Shown one piece after another: positions 62,873 to 64,000 of a stretch of 64,000 nucleotides of DNA. The stretch spans positions 1,835-65,834 of the forward strand of contig DATKAO010000018.1 of assembly GCA_035498015.1 (NCBI GenBank), given 5' to 3'. A program made the translations under genes and the position numbers. The DNA is from Myxococcota bacterium. GTDB lineage: Bacteria > Myxococcota_A > UBA9160 > SZUA-336. The stretch's first letter is position 1; the number at the start of each line of letters is the position of its first letter. The notes beneath the pieces are model-generated. The model saw only the letters and a list, made by a program, of their open reading frames with translations, searched no databases and was not told the origin of the DNA.

Positions 62873-63522
62873 CTCGCCGCGCCGGCGCGCTCGTGCTCGC
62901 GCTGCTGCTGCTCGGCTGCGGCGAGGACAAGGTCACTCCGCTGCGCGAAGAGATCGCGAAGCTGAAGAAGGAGCGCGTGCCCGCCGAGCAGCTCGAGACG
63001 GCCAAGAAGGAGGCCGGCGAGGCCGAGACGTCGCGAGACGCGGCGCTTGCGCGCGCGGATGCCGACGAGGCCGGGATCGCCGCGCAGCGCGCGGAGCTCG
63101 AGCGCCTGCGTGGCGCCCTGCAGCACGAGGTGGACCGGAACACGGAGCTGAGAGCGGCCATCGACGCGCGCCAGCAGCCGCTCGCGAACGCCGTGTCGGG
63201 AGTCAATGACCTCGAGGTGCGCGCGAACGAGCGGCGCCGCTATCTGACGACGCTGCGCGATCAGGCGAAGGCGCTCGCGAAGGCGCTCACGCCCGAAGAC
63301 CCCGCCTGGGCCGACAAGCGCCGGCTCGCGGCCGTCGGCGACTTCGAGCGCGCGCTTCGGGAGCAGCTCCCCGGCGAGCCACAGGTCCAGGACCTGGGCC
63401 GGCAGCTGGTGGCGACCCCGCCCGACAAGGCGGCGCTCGTCGCTTCGCTGCAGTCCGTCGCCGAGCTCCTGGACCGCAGGGTCGGGGAGGCGGCCTCGGC
63501 GGCCGCCGCAACGGGCAAATGA
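62869..63522 (+). CDS. coiled-coil lipoprotein
   Basis: GTG overlapping the upstream stop. Lipobox LLLLGC, then an extended coiled coil. Confidence 0.5.
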   Translation: MTRRAGALVLALLLLGCGEDKVTPLREEIAKLKKERVPAEQLETAKKEAGEAETSRDAALARADADEAGIAAQRAELERLRGALQHEVDRNTELRAAIDARQQPLANAVSGVNDLEVRANERRRYLTTLRDQAKALAKALTPEDPAWADKRRLAAVGDFERALREQLPGEPQVQDLGRQLVATPPDKAALVASLQSVAELLDRRVGEAASAAAATGK

Positions 63523-64000
63523 CCGCGTCGCTCGCGCAGCGACTCACTCGGCTCGCGCCCGGCCTCGTGCTGGTGGCGTGCGCCGCCGTGCTGTACGCGC
63601 GCAGCCTGTCCGCGCCGTTCGTGTTCGATGACCTGCCCTCGATCGTCGAGAACCAGAACGTCCGGGCGCTGTGGCCGCTCTCGCGCGCGCTCGGCTCTCC
63701 TGCGCAGTCGAGCGTCGCCGGGCGTCCGCTCGCCAGCCTGTCTTTCGCCGTCAGCTACGCCGCGTTCGGGCTCGATCCGCGGGGCTGGCGCGCGCTGAAC
63801 GTGGCGCTGCACGCCGCGTGCGCGCTGCTGCTGTTCGGCCTGGTGCGACGCAGCCTCGAGCGAGTCACCGAGCGCGCCGGACTCGCCGGCTCGGCGCGCG
63901 GCCTCGCGTTCGCGAGCGCGCTGTTGTGGACCGTCCATCCGCTCGTGACCGAGTCGGTGGCCTACGTGACTCAGCGGACGGAGCTGCTCGTGGCGCTGGC
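63519..64000 (+). CDS. polytopic membrane protein, TMTC/PMT-like (GT-C type?) N-terminal part; continues beyond the window
   Basis: ATG overlapping the upstream stop. YARSLSAPFVFDDLPSIVENQNVR and a hydrophobic ALNVALHAACALLLFGLV helix, typical of TPR-containing PMT_2-type proteins. Confidence 0.45.
   Translation, partial: MTASLAQRLTRLAPGLVLVACAAVLYARSLSAPFVFDDLPSIVENQNVRALWPLSRALGSPAQSSVAGRPLASLSFAVSYAAFGLDPRGWRALNVALHAACALLLFGLVRRSLERVTERAGLAGSARGLAFASALLWTVHPLVTESVAYVTQRTELLVAL

Noticed and set aside
1-64000. CRISPR arrays, rRNA and tRNA genes
   Set aside because: No regularly spaced direct repeats were seen, and no tRNA-like GGTTCGAATCC T-arm signatures in the intergenic gaps. The largest gaps are 47671..47779, 56087..56265 and 58813..58894.

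Overview
This is a 64-kb window of a roughly 70% GC bacterial chromosome that is almost entirely coding (about 55 CDS). I found no rRNA, tRNA, CRISPR array, transposase or integrase. The gene content (two PEP-CTERM proteins, several PilT-family ATPases, a spare TolQ-TolR-TolA-like module, a two-partner-secretion locus, RapA, very high GC) suggests a Myxococcota/deltaproteobacterial-type organism; this is inference only. Gene order from the left: a partial beta-lactamase-family hydrolase; a family-III CoA-transferase; a cupredoxin-like secreted protein translationally coupled to a HAMP adenylate cyclase; a PEP-CTERM protein; an adenosylcobalamin riboswitch leading into a BtuB-like TonB-dependent receptor and a dockerin-tailed secreted protein; a TrmH-family methyltransferase; a GT39 glycosyltransferase; rapA; an acyl-CoA dehydrogenase; tetR; a lipoprotein plus mgtE bracketed by ~75-bp inverted repeats; a luciferase-like oxidoreductase, dsbA and ethD; two pilT-family ATPases; ndh; a metF-like gene with lysR; folB; gor. 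Next comes a metal (probably zinc) uptake island: two paralogous small Cys proteins behind near-identical leaderless sigma70 promoters, a TonB-dependent receptor, exbB-exbD-tonB, an outer-membrane protein, and znuA-znuC-znuB with znuB fused in frame to a lipoprotein domain. After that: aat, a P450, enoyl-CoA hydratase, two more acyl-CoA dehydrogenases, a sixA-ppx fusion, ppk, an orphan OmpR-type regulator, and a second tolQ-tolR-tolA-like module whose last gene overlaps a TPS exoprotein gene (tpsA), followed by a PEP-CTERM protein, a PstS-like protein, a strong terminator, tpsB, a porin, two coiled-coil lipoproteins and a partial TMTC-like membrane protein. At the DNA level the window is saturated with a quasi-palindromic word GAGTSACTC (core GASTCAC, S = G or C), about 7-fold over compositional expectation, independent of strand and reading frame. 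The B12 riboswitch pair, the duplicated leaderless Cys-protein cassettes, the TolQRA-TPS juxtaposition and the iterated word are the observations I consider most worth follow-up.
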